A DNA stretch of 44,835 bases, the filler included, from Catajapyx aquilonaris (Eukaryota): the NCBI GenBank assembly GCA_000934665.2. It is 2 parts of 2 records of this genome, joined end to end, with 100 filler letters (N's around TTAATTAATTAA, not from the genome) between each part and the next. Parts side by side here need not be neighbours in the genome. Positions count along the whole stretch, not along the records: positions 22,486 to 44,835 come from JYFJ02005876.1; 1 more part is not named here. One strand, written 5' to 3'. Positions 26,270 to 37,700 of the stretch are shown here, in pieces; the first letter of the stretch is position 1, and every line of letters begins with the position of its first letter. Both the position numbers and the translations under genes were made by a program. Under the pieces are notes generated by a model. The model was given only the letters and a program-made list of their open reading frames with translations. It made no database searches and had not been told where the DNA came from.

Positions 26270-27124
26270 GCTGGCAACTTCTCCTTCAGTCCTTCCGTAT
26301 GTGGAAGACTGGAAGCAGCTATATTGGCCCAGCTGCAACCAGAGTGTACCCGGGGCAGAAGAACTTACTTGGAGAGGATCTTTGTTCTGTTTGACAGCAC
26401 AGAATCGAATGCTGGTTGTGCGGGGTTGCCACATGCCACATCTGATCATAATCAGACACCTGGCAACACAGTTCTAATACTCAGCTTTATTTTTTAAATT
26501 AATGAAGGCTTCCATCCGTGGCTAATTTAGCTTTAGTAAGTTTCTAAAACGGAAATTGAGGTGGTTCATTACAGTGTTGCCACGTGCATTCCAAAATGGC
26601 CGGTGGATGGCGGGAGTTTCAAGTGATGGTCATGAAAGGTGACATGAATTTATTATTGCATCTCTTTTATTACAACTCTCTTGATATGAAGTCAGATGAC
26701 CAGGTATCTCAAGTTAATTAAGAGACATATGGTGGCCCAGGCCTGGAGTTGTTCCAGTATTATGTTGGTGCTGTGTAAATGGCATCTCCAATAATGAATA
26801 AGGCATGATGAACCTCCAGGAGCTAACTGTACATATTCAGGGTTCAAGTAACTAATAAAAACTGGTTAGTTTAGGTATACGAAGAAAAAGCGTCAGAATT
26901 CTTAGCAACATTTTATTTGAATTATTCGAATGTTAAAAGAATATACAGAACTTCTTGAAACCTGAGATTTTTGGTTGTGAGTGCTCGAAAACAAGGAAAG
27001 AAAAAACAAAAGTGGCATGGTATTCCTTCCAACAGTCGAGCACATCATCTTTATCTTAATTGACCTTCTTAAGTTCAGCTTCCACAAAACCTAGGGTTAC
27101 AGCATCGAGATTCGGACCTATATA

Positions 27125-27548
27125 CAGGGTGTATCTGAACTCAGTGCCCCGACATATATGACTGCCTTCCTAGCCACCAGAGGATCGATTTAAGTATAGG
27201 AGTCATTATGTTTGGCCGCCGCATTACGGAGATAATTGGCCGCAAACATGTAGTACAAAATATCCTGTCGGTTAGGCCACCCATCGAACCCTCCCTCAGT
27301 CAGAAGGCTCTGGAAGGTCTGGGGGCGGGACTTTGTTGGTTTGTTGCCCACAGGTGGTAAGGCCTCTTTGGCTAGTTACACCAGAAAATTCTATTTAAAA
27401 GTCAGAAGGAGCGATTAGGCAAAAATCCCTAAAGAGTGTATCTCAGTAATGAGGCTGCCCAGACATATGACTCCTATACTTAAATCGATTCTCTGGTGGC
27501 TAGGAAGGCAGTCATATACGTCGGGGCACTGAGTTCAGATACACCCTG
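27125..27548. mobile_element. Tc1/mariner-type MITE, family 2, copy 1
   Basis: TA|CAGGGTGTATCTGAACTCAGTGCCCCGAC ... GTCGGGGCACTGAGTTCAGATACACCCTG|TA, with ~110-bp imperfect TIRs. Confidence 0.95.
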
Positions 27549-27739
27549 TATAGGCTACGTACACAACAATAACTGCAAAATCCGTGATCAAAAATAAATG
27601 CGGTACGAGTGGTGATCCTCATTATTCATAGTTGGTATCAGTTTATTCCTCAACACTTTTATGACAAGGTGCGACCAAATATATACTTGTTCAGGGTTTA
27701 CCATTGATCACAAACCCCAGCCGAACTACAATCCTAGGC

Positions 27740-28125
27740 AGCTGGAGCTTTCAAAATAATGTGAGAGTCAAAGCGATCTTTGTCCTTCATGTGTAGGTGA
27801 TGGGAGTGTGGCCATCATCGATCTATGCCGGGCATGGAACGTGAAAATAACAGTGAACCTCAACAACCCCTGAAAATTGATCACTTCATGAGTTCACAGC
27901 ATTGCGATTATATTCCAATTCACTCTGACAAGTCGGTCTGGAAACCATTGCTCCCAACAAAAATATGAAAATGCTACTTCAAATCTGAGAAAATAAGTGG
28001 AAGTCCTGACCCGATGCTCGCAATACTTATCCATCAGGCAGGCAAGGTTCACGGTCATCTTCACATCATATCTTATGCCAGGACAAAGCAGAATTCAAGA
28101 TGATTCTCTCAGGCTCCATGTCATA
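27740..28125 (-). pseudogene. Degenerate two-exon SUMO-like domain
   Basis: Exon 28125-28011 reads YDMEPERIILN/LLCPGIRYDVKMTVNLACLMDKYCEHR|gt (frameshift). The exon from 27869 reads GLLRFTVIFTFHARH/IDDGHTPIT/HMKDKDRFD (frameshifts). Acceptors CTCCAACCACAG and CATGAAGTGATCAATTTTCAG are homologous to those of the intact unit. Confidence 0.75.
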
Positions 28126-28183
28126 CTGTGGTTGGAGTAGACAGTAGAGAAAGAGAAATGCCAGTGTCCATAATTGCTCTAAA

Positions 28184-28516
28184 AAAAATTTATTATTATT
28201 GATACCCCGTGCTCGAGCCTGAGGCTCGTTTAGGGGGGTGGGCTACCACCATCTGTGGTGAAACTAGTATACTGAAAGTATTTAGTGTGTTTCACGGGTC
28301 GTTAGGAGGGGATGTGCAAAGTGCATGTGCGCTGTCGTTAATTGGTCATTTTGTGAACTCCCCCGGGTGGCTTAGTCTATCGGAAATTGCCACCCGAAAC
28401 GAAGCCAGAGATGGCCCAACTCTGCACGAAAGAAGGTGGGAACCCCGGGTGGGGATCGAACCCGGGACCTTAACTTCCGTGGGCGCGCGCGTTACCGCGG
28501 CGCCACTCCGTCTCCC
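28184..28516 (-). mobile_element. tRNA-derived SINE (~333 bp) with a 13-bp TSD and an (AAT)n tail
   Basis: TSD TAATTGCTCTAAA at 28171-28183 and 28517-28529. Minus-strand head has A-box GTGGCGCCGCGG and B-box GGTTCGATCCC. Confidence 0.87.
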
Positions 28517-28636
28517 TAATTGCTCTAAATTATTTGTAGTCATGAACAATAGTATAGGAGTATAATAGACAAGCGAGGAAATTACTAATTTTGTTCCGCA
28601 GTTGCATGACTTGCTGTTGCTGTACTTGCCACTCAC

Positions 28637-28759
28637 CTGTATGATAGGATGGACGTTGTCTCCCTATTGCATACCCAAGGAGGCAAGGGTGTCGGTTCCA
28701 AAAACACGTTGACCATTATATAGAGGAAATGAACGTTGTACCTCAGCAGCCTGCAGCCC
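28637..28759 (-). pseudogene. Degenerate SUMO-like C-terminal-half exon
   Basis: Acceptor GCCAATTTCCAG, then LLRYNVHFLY/NGQRVFGTDTLASLGMQ*GDNVHPIIQ|gtgagt, with a stop, a frameshift and a 7-nt duplication. Confidence 0.75.
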
Positions 28760-28907
28760 CTGGAAATTGGCAACATCATGAGATCATACCAAAAAGTGAT
28801 TCCATGGAGCAAACTGAATGATACCTCAATTAACTTATGCGTAACTGACATGAAACTTAAATAAACCTCAAGTATAGGATATTGTGTCTTAAGCTCAGAA
28901 TACTATA

Positions 28908-29338
28908 CAGGGTGTATCTGAACTCAGTGCCCCGACGTATATGATTACCTTCCTAGCCACCAGAGGATCAACTTATGTAGAGGAGTCATTATGTCTGGGC
29001 AGCCTCATTACTGAGATACCGGTACACTCTTTAGCGATTTTTGCCTAATCGCTCCTTCTGACATTTAAATAGAATTTTATGGTGTAACTAGCCAAAGAGG
29101 CCTTACCACTTGTGGGCAACAAACCAACAAAGTCCCGCCCCCAGACCTTCCAGAGCCTTCTGACTGGGGGAGGGTTCGATGGGTGGCCTAACCGACAGGA
29201 TATTTTGTACTACATGTTTGCGGCCAATTATCTCAGTAATGCGGCGGCCAGACATAATGACTCCTATACTTAAATCGATCCTCTGGTGGCTAGGAAGGCA
29301 GTCATATACGTCGGGGCACTGAGTTCAGATACACCCTG
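28908..29338. mobile_element. Tc1/mariner-type MITE, family 2, copy 2 (inverted relative to copy 1)
   Basis: Same TIRs and TA TSD as 27125-27548; the internal core is the reverse complement of copy 1. Confidence 0.95.
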
Positions 29339-29394
29339 TATAGTTTTCACTGCCGTCGTCATGCCGCGGTGCGCATGAACCGTGCCCAGTTATA

Positions 29395-29660
29395 ACCCTG
29401 GAACCGTGACGTGGGGTCTTTTAGGACCCCAAAGGAATTAAACTGCATTAAAATGATAATTACAATGAACTGTTGCCATTTAAAAAGTATATAACAGGAT
29501 GTGGATGTTTATTTTGAATTAGAGATCGTTTTAGGCATTGTTCAAAGAATTATTGCATATAGTACATCATTTGTTGGGATGGTTTATACATTGAAAAGTA
29601 TTATATAAAAATTAAAATACGGATGGGGTCCTAACAGACCCCACATCGCGGTTAACGTAA
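29395..29660 (+). mobile_element. piggyBac-like non-autonomous element end; a second copy starts at ~44647
   Basis: ACCC(T/C)(G/A)GAACCGTGAC(G/A)TGGGGTCTTTTAG(G/A)ACCCCAAAGGAATTAA is shared with 44647-44740, where it reads TTAA|CCC. An inverted subterminal copy GGGGTCCTAACAGACCCCACATCGCGG lies at ~29625. Confidence 0.6.
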
Positions 29661-30479
29661 CTTTCAGGCTAACAAACTTATTTCATGGTCTGTAAATCTA
29701 TTCCAACTTTTGCACATTTGGGAGTTCTAATTTCCCCAGTTTCAAAAATACACGTTTCTTCTAAAACTTCATCAACATCCTGGTTTTTCCGCTTTTTTGT
29801 CCAACCACCTCACCGACACAAACCTGCAAATTGGGAGTCTAGTAAGGTCACACCATGCTTGGAAACCCATAACACAACAAGTGGAGTCATACATTGCATT
29901 GCACCACAAAACAACAAATAGCACACACGAACATAAATATATTGCAAAGCAATATACCATCAGTTTTCATACGTTGAACTGTTTGCAACTCGGACAAGAG
30001 CGGTGTTTGGTCATGACGGAACACCACCGCTCTTGTCTGCGCATGCGCAGCGCCTGCTAATAATTATCGTGTATTCATCGTAAATCGTGCCAACATACGA
30101 ATTGCAACTTATTTCTTCCCTAAGCTGACTTGCAAATTGTTTAGAGTAGGTGTGATTACTTTCCAAGAAAATCGAAATACTTGACACCTTATAATTATCA
30201 TGTATTTTGGTCATATTTATATAAATAAAAACAACATTTTTAGATAATTTAGTATGTCATTATATAGTTTAAGTTTGAGAATTCAAAGTTTAAGTAGGTT
30301 GCCCAGCCCGCATTTTTTAGGACTTTTCACTGGAGGTGCAGGGGTTCCCAAAGAACGTTTTGAAACAAAAAAATAGCTTTCCAAAAATAAATCCATCTCC
30401 ATCCCTAATATTATTTTGTCTGTACGGTACACTATACTATACTAGTGGGCGTTTCTCTGACTAGTTTAACATTAGCATA

Positions 30480-31100
30480 GGTTAAGCAGGGTTGTGTCAT
30501 GATTGTCTCCCTGGTTATTTAATTTGTATTTAGATGCATGTGTAAGGGAAGCTATGATTGAAGGTGTAGGTGTATATTTTGGTGATGAGATAGTGCTGAT
30601 GATTCTGCCCTTCTGGCGGAGAATGAGGCTGATTTACAGTTGTTGATCCTATGCAAGTTAGACAATGTTTGTGAGAGGAGGGGCGCGAGGATTAACGTAG
30701 ATAATACTAAGGTACTGCTATTTGAAAGAGGAGAGCAGGTTTCTCCGTGTTTGTTGCAGGTATCAGGAAAACTGGTTGAGCAGATCAACCAGTTTGTATA
30801 CCTGGTTAGTGTCCTTGAGAGTAATGGTAGAATTGATGGGGAGATTGACAGGAGAGTTAGTTCTGGGTTGAAAGTGATATAGGTGCCACAAGTAAGTTTT
30901 CTAGAAATAAGGACTTATCTTCTGCCTGTAGGTTGTCTGTCTATTCTCACGTTATTGTTCCTTCATTATGTATGGTAGTGATACGTGGGTTGGTCAGACA
31001 GAATACTTAGGATGTTGGCTACAGAGATGCGTTATCTCCGGGCTGTTTGTGGAGTTACGGTTGGATAAGATTAGGAATTATGAGATTTTGCAGAGGTAGT
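30480..31100 (+). mobile_element. Degenerate RTE-clade-like LINE reverse transcriptase fragment
   Basis: VKQGCVM, SPWLFNLYLD, ADDSALLAENEADLQ, INVDNTKVL and QFVYL.S...SNGRIDGEIDRR, interrupted by frameshifts and stops. Confidence 0.85.
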
Positions 31101-31422
31101 TTTAATTTGACAAGTTTTATTTAGTTCATATTGTGGCGTTAACTTGCCTCTCGCTTCATCGCTGGCGGCGGGGGCTGCTGCTGCTGCTGTTTTTGTTGTT
31201 GTCAGTGGCACTTTGTAGAATATAGACGAGAGCCAGCCATGTTGTCGGCCAGTTTCATATGTTGTCTGTGAACCTCATTTGCAGTTGATGTTATATTTTA
31301 AGGGGATTAAATATGACGTCGAATGCTATTGACCCCGTTGTATAACATGTTATCACAGGAAACAATCCTGGGAATTGGTGCACTAAGGTGGGAGATAAAA
31401 GGGAGACAATTTACAGTCCTGA

Positions 31423-32050
31423 CAGAAATGCGATCATAATACAACACATTAAGGACCAATTAAGATAAGGGACATCGATGCACTCAATCAATCTGAAACA
31501 TACAGATACTACACAGACATGCATTCCTCACCCAACCCTGCAGGTTATTTAAGATCAACAAACATCTCGCTAACAAATAAGAGGATTATATTGGCCATTA
31601 GGAATAACAGCAGATGGATTCCCCTGAAGCATGTGTCCTCCTTAACAATAGAACCGCATAACTTATGTTCGATTTGTGGCCACACCAACAGAGAGTCCTG
31701 GTATCATATTATTTTTGAATGTCTAATCTTAGAGCAAAGAAGGTGTGATATAAACTTGATTCAAGTGTCCAGGCCCCAATTCCTGTTAGAGTTGGGTGAT
31801 ATAAGTAACGAGAAATTCGAAATTTTAAAAAGATTACTAACTACTTATTATAGATATAAACGAATAAGTGAAGATTGAAGGGGATGTTGAAAGAACAGAG
31901 GTATTAACGCACACTAAACGATGAGAGTAGTTAAAAAGAAAAATGTAGAGGTGGTGAAGTCCGCCCCCAGGTTAGGGGGGTGCAAAAGCGTTGTGTTGAT
32001 CTAAAGGAATAAAATGTATGCCAATAAACTTATTATTATTAAATTATTAA

Positions 32051-32089
<39 letters not shown>
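31423..32089 (+). mobile_element. 5'-truncated LINE 3' end with a CCHC zinc knuckle, (ATT)n tail and 14-bp TSD
   Basis: TSD ATTTACAGTCCTGA at 31409-31422 and 32090-32103. ORF 31519-31878 contains CSICGHTNRESWYHIIFEC; AATAAA and an (ATT)n tail follow. Confidence 0.88.
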
Positions 32090-32092
<3 letters not shown>

Positions 32093-32217
32093 TACAGTCC
32101 TGATCATTCCACTACGCGTGTTTTGATTAGTGTACGGTATGATACTAATTACGTCTAATTTACGTAAGTGCTCTTACAATATTAAAATTTGTAGTTATTT
32201 TCCAGGCCTTTCTACCA

Positions 32218-32400
32218 ACAGGTCTAACTAACTCCTTTCCATCGTTTTATAAAGGGAAAATCGAGTGGGTCGTGAATCAGAACAATTCCGAATTATAGTT
32301 TTTCAAAGGCGTCTTATATGATATGGGAAAGGCAACATACGCCAATATGTAGGTGATGCATGAAAATACCCAAGTTTTAGATATACTAGTACAATATTCA
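32218..32400 (+). repeat. Dispersed repeat (~180 bp); direct copy at ~44452-44628
   Basis: Both copies share CAGGTCTAAC...TTTTATAAAGGGAAAAT(C/T)GAGTGGGTCGTGAATCAGAACAATT...AAAATACCCAAGTTTTA. Confidence 0.9.
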
Positions 32401-34787
32401 ATATATTTGCCAAAATCAGTGTACAAGTAACTTAGTTCTTGCAGACTCCTAACTTTGGTGGAAAATATTCCTTTTTGGTACCGTATACCTTACTGTACTG
32501 TACAGTACAACTTAACGTATTAGACAATTGAATTCGATTTAATTACACTCTCGTAGAACTATCATGCCTCAAGTCATGAAACACCAAATTTAGTAATAGC
32601 TAAATACTGACCAGATGAGAAGAATGAAATCTGCAATTAATACGAATTGGGTCCTTTTTACTGAAGTGGCTCGAAAGTCTGATATCCCTGTAATGATCAC
32701 TGATCCGCGAATTGTGAATACAGTATAAACAAATGTCGCCGGACCTATTTGAATACAAGTAGAACGTGCGAAATTGCAGTTCTGTATAGCCTTCAGTTGG
32801 CGCGGTGACCAGGTATTTCAGGTCTGATACTTCTGTATTATGCAGCAAGAATACCTGAGTACAGTAGCACTGGTAACAGCCGCTCAAAAAATGTTCATAA
32901 TCTCATTTCCCACAACTCCGGGTATATTGTGACACAGTACGCTAATTAGTGCGCTAATGTGCACTCTGTGTTGCCATGAAGGTATGGTGTTTGTTGCCTG
33001 TTTGATAAGTGCCTCTTTTTCACTAATTTCTGTCACTGTAGGAATCGAGAACCTGCTGGTGAGATGACTGTGTACTTTTCTCATGGGGGTTGCATGCAAT
33101 AAACTATTCTGCACACTTGAGTATTTTATTATTTTGTTGTGTGAAAATTATTTCACAAATTGTGAAATATATCAGCTGCAGAAATAGTGCAAAAATTATT
33201 TGATTGCATTTCAATCGATTTCAATGCCTGATAAGACTACAGTTTCAGGGCCTTTTCTGCTTTTCCACTTGGTCTTTTCTGGACTTTTCCAGCTGTTCAT
33301 TTGGAACAAAATTGCCCAGTATTGCAGACCAATGTGTCAAATGTGTGTGACCATCTTTTAGGATTGGATAATTTAATGTCTCCAATATTCATGCAACCAG
33401 AAATTACTGATGTGACAATAACACTAACTTTCAACAATGTTATTACAGGTTCAAATTAATCAGTAGGCCTACTATTTTGTTTGATGCATAATAAGAGGCA
33501 ATCTATTTTACCGTTGTAATAAGATCCATATTTGGAATAAGACCATTGTTATAGCGTCTGAAAAGTGTGACTTGTGTGTTATTAAATTACAATTAATCCA
33601 CTTATAATAATAATCGTAAATCAGAAGTTATTACAATAACTTCTCAATTATGACGTGGGCTGAACTGGACGAGTCTTGGGTACTGGTCATTTGTTAATGC
33701 ATGTCTTTTCATTTAAGAAAATCTACTTCTGTGGCAGTAATATTATTAAAAGTTCCAGGTTCGTTAGATAATGTAGAAATGTGCAATATGAAGAATAACA
33801 ATTCAGAATGCTCATTCAGCATGAAAGGTTCCCACATTCACAAGTATAACTTAATTGCTTAGGGTAATATTGAGTAATTATTCAGAGAAAAATGGTAACA
33901 TACCATACTATTTAATGCAATGGAGTGATTACTTATTTAAACACAATAATGGAAAGTTTTCAAAGCCCTTAGAAACTTACATGGTATAATAGGATGAATT
34001 TTAAAATACTGTTTTAACTTGATGTCATGAAAAAATATTTAGTTTGTAAATATAAAAATTGCGAAAAATAGTCAATTTTCTCCCTACTTCTGCCATGACG
34101 GATTCTTCAGTCTCCTACTCCTTCTTCCTGTCCACATGGCCAAACCGCCTTAGAGTAGACCTACACAGCTAATAATCTTTAACAGCCTCTTGAACATTTT
34201 GCCTCTGCAAAATCTCCTCATTCTCAATCATATATCTAACCCCATAAACAGCCAACACAACATACGATACCTCTGTAGACAACAGCTTATGGCTAATGGC
34301 ACTCAGCAACTGTGTGAGCGAGAAGTAAGTTTTAATATTAAATTTTTAGATCTTCCCCACGATGGCACTGACGATCAGCTGGAAACATTTTCGTTGCTAC
34401 TAGTTTCTGCCAGAATCAAGTTGCTGATGTCACAAGTCAAAAAAGAAATGAGGTTTAAGGTTTGAATGCAAAACTCTGTAATAATAGTCTACAGCTCAGT
34501 GTATTTTCCATTTCCCACTTGACACACATGGAAGGGACAGGAATACACACATTTGCTTTCTCCTTGTCTGCCTGGAACAACTTGTTCCATAGACAGGCTG
34601 AATAGGTTTGGGCAAGGGAGTGATCACAAGGCTTCCTGACATTTTCCCTTCCGCATCAGGAGTCTCCGCCGTTCTTAAGGCAATATGGTCTGATGAAAAC
34701 TGAACATCATGAAGCTCAGCTTCAATGTCAGAAGCAGGTGGCACCTCAGACTCAGCATCATTCATCTCCTCCTCAACTTCAGCTGCA

Positions 34788-37700
34788 TCAGTTGTCGTGA
34801 CATGCCCCGTCACACGATCCAACCCCACTTCCCACTTCTGATTCCTCAGAAATCCCTTTGGCTGCTTCCAACTCCACAGTCGAGATGGTTTCAGCCGGTG
34901 TGTCAATGGCAGGATCCGGTCCTGCCTTGCCCACTGACAGCCCCAACTCGAGCAGGGACTGCAAGAGGTCAACATCACCGACCTTGGCTCCCACCTCCAT
35001 CACTTCTTCGACAGCAATGACCTCAATGTCGACCAGGGCTTCCCCAAACTCAGTGATGCAGACAATAAACGTCTTTGTATCCGAATCGTCTGGCCTGGCG
35101 CCGCCAGTGGGTGGCATCAGTGAAAACCGAACAGCAACGGCCAGTTGAGGAATGGCTTCCAAGTCCACCGAAGGATGCAGGGGTCGCAGCAGGGTGATGT
35201 CAACAACTTCCTGACCTCCCCAGTCGCAAGACATCACCACCGCGCCCTCAGGAGTGGACGACACCACCTTGACCCTGCGCCAGTTGCCGTCTTCCATCTT
35301 CGCAGCCCAAATGCTCCCAGGAGCAACATCTTCCTTCCCAGGTCCCTCGCTCCTCTCCTCGTCATTCATGTACTGGGCTGCCATGGCCGAATCCACTTGG
35401 TACACCTGCATTAGTTGAAGAAGCATCATTAAATGCACATTGGTTGGTGAAGCAAGATAAATACCTTGTCCTCATTGGCCTTCAGCTGAATCCAGAAAAG
35501 AGTCGGACTCACAAAATTAGTGATGTACGCTCCAAAGTGATGGCCCACCGAGAAAGCTGGCGAAGCAGCCAGATCGGCTGTGACGTCAGGGACTCCCTCC
35601 ACGGTTGTTGCCACTCCCCCTTCTGACGGGCTGGGCGCAGCTTCGGCCAATCCTTCTGCCACAAGCTTGGCTGCCAAGTCCTCGCCACTGACCTTGACAC
35701 GCCCTTCCAGCACCTCAGCCTCTACGGCCTCCTCCCTTCCTGCAATTTCCCAGATTTTATCCACGATTTCAGCAGACCAGGGGGCATCACCAGGTGACGT
35801 CAAGCTTAAGTCAGCCTCCATGGCAAAAGCTGGCACTTCCAAGAATTGCTTCCCTAGAACCCGGAGTGACCCAACCACTTCCGAGTCACCGTAATCCAGG
35901 AAGCGGATCCTGATGCCCTCCTGGGTCACCTCCAGCACACGTGCCCTGCACCAAATTTGGTCAGAGGCACGCAGGGCAGCCGCGCAGCTGCCAACACGCA
36001 GATCCAACTCTTCCGATTCTCCACATGCCGAGTAGTGGGCAAGCAGCTGCTCAGTCTGGGCTGCCAGCTTATCTTCCTTACTTGTCAGATGTATCCAGAT
36101 GGTATTAGGGCTATCCACATGGACCAAGTACACGGAAAAGATGCCTTCAGGTACAACAAACTCTGGGACAGATGGCTTGGGAATTTCCGCTGCCAGTCCC
36201 TTCACAGGTTCCTTCGCTCCACACACCACGGTTCCGCCTTCATCTACCATGCGAACTATTGCTGTCTGGTCATTTTTCACGTCTAGTACGGCAGCCGTGA
36301 AGGCATTTTCCAACAGCATTTCAGATGCCTTGTCACGTTCCAGGCAGCAGCGAATGGCCTGGACTGGTATATCCATCAACTGGGTGGGCACAGCAGCCAC
36401 TTGCTCCCTCCTGACAACCTCCGAGTTGCCATAATCTACGTTAAAGACTGTGACTAATGTCTTCCCAATGGGGGCTTCAGTGACCCTCACCCTTGACCAC
36501 GCATCCATAAACAAGCAGATGCCAATGTTGCCAGGAATTAGGCTGGCACCGGTTTTCACTGGCTGAAAAAAATAAAGAGATGATCGCCATGTGTCAGATC
36601 AATCATGCGTAAAATAACAAAACTATAAAAAATGACAGAGAGGCGAATAGCCGCACCTGTACAGCTGCAAGCATTTCCTGGAGGTTATCCACTGCGGCTT
36701 GGTCGAACTGGATGAAGAAGGACCCATCTTCTTCCTGAACATGGCTGACAAAGGCGTCCAGGTCTTTCCCTATCAGACTCCTCAGGTGGTGTTCGGGGAA
36801 GGGTTGAACTTGGGCCAGTCCTTCTTCAATCATGGTGTTTGCTAGACTCTTCTCTCCAGTTGGGGACAGGAGGTCCACCAGCCACACTTCTTCATGTTTC
36901 TCCACAAATACGCACCTGATTCAGATGCAAGAACCAATTAGTAGGCATAGGACTCATCAGGATTAGACGATGCATATCACCAAAGAAGCGGGAGGGACAA
37001 ATGCCTTGGCATCATTTCCTCCACATGCAATAATTATGTTGCAGATCATGCTTCACCAACAGCCAATAACAACATACATAACGAACCTGTTCAACCTAGT
37101 AGCAACCATGTAACACTGTAAAGAAATGTTAAGTTCTGAGTGGATAGCTGTCAGGATAATTACGCAACTGTCGTATCCTTCCCAAAATGACTCAAAACCA
37201 TTTCGACTTACTTCAGAGCCTTCGTTGGGTGGAGAAGTGCTTCCGCCCTCTTAAGATCAGGCTGCGTCCAGCCCGTCTCCTTTTTGGGTAATACGCCTCG
37301 TACCCTGCACTCTATGGCCTGCATGGGTAGCTTCAGGAAGTCAGGACCCACTCTCTTCACATCCAATGGGTTTGTGAATGTTGCTGTGTTGCCAAAGTCG
37401 ATAAACTTGACCTGAGGAAACGACATATTTTACTCGTGGAAATTAACCGCCCAAGATTCCTCCTACCTGGCATCCATACTGCCTGGTTGCTGCTACAGTT
37501 ATCACACCCCTGTACCACCGTTCATCATCTTTGGCCACCACTGGTGTCCCCACAGGAGGCCGACTCTCGGTGTTCTCTGATAGCTCCATTGACCCGTACG
37601 TGGCTTGGAGGGTAGCCGTCAGTTCTTCAATTATTGTAGTGATGCCTAACTGCACGTGGAAGGACGATGGGGAGTCATACCAACTCACGTACACAATCTC

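Noticed and set aside
26740..26830. Possible fifth SUMO-like C-half exon
   Set aside because: Only a faint resemblance (CTCCTGGAGGTT, TTPGLG) and it lacks the shared acceptor context.
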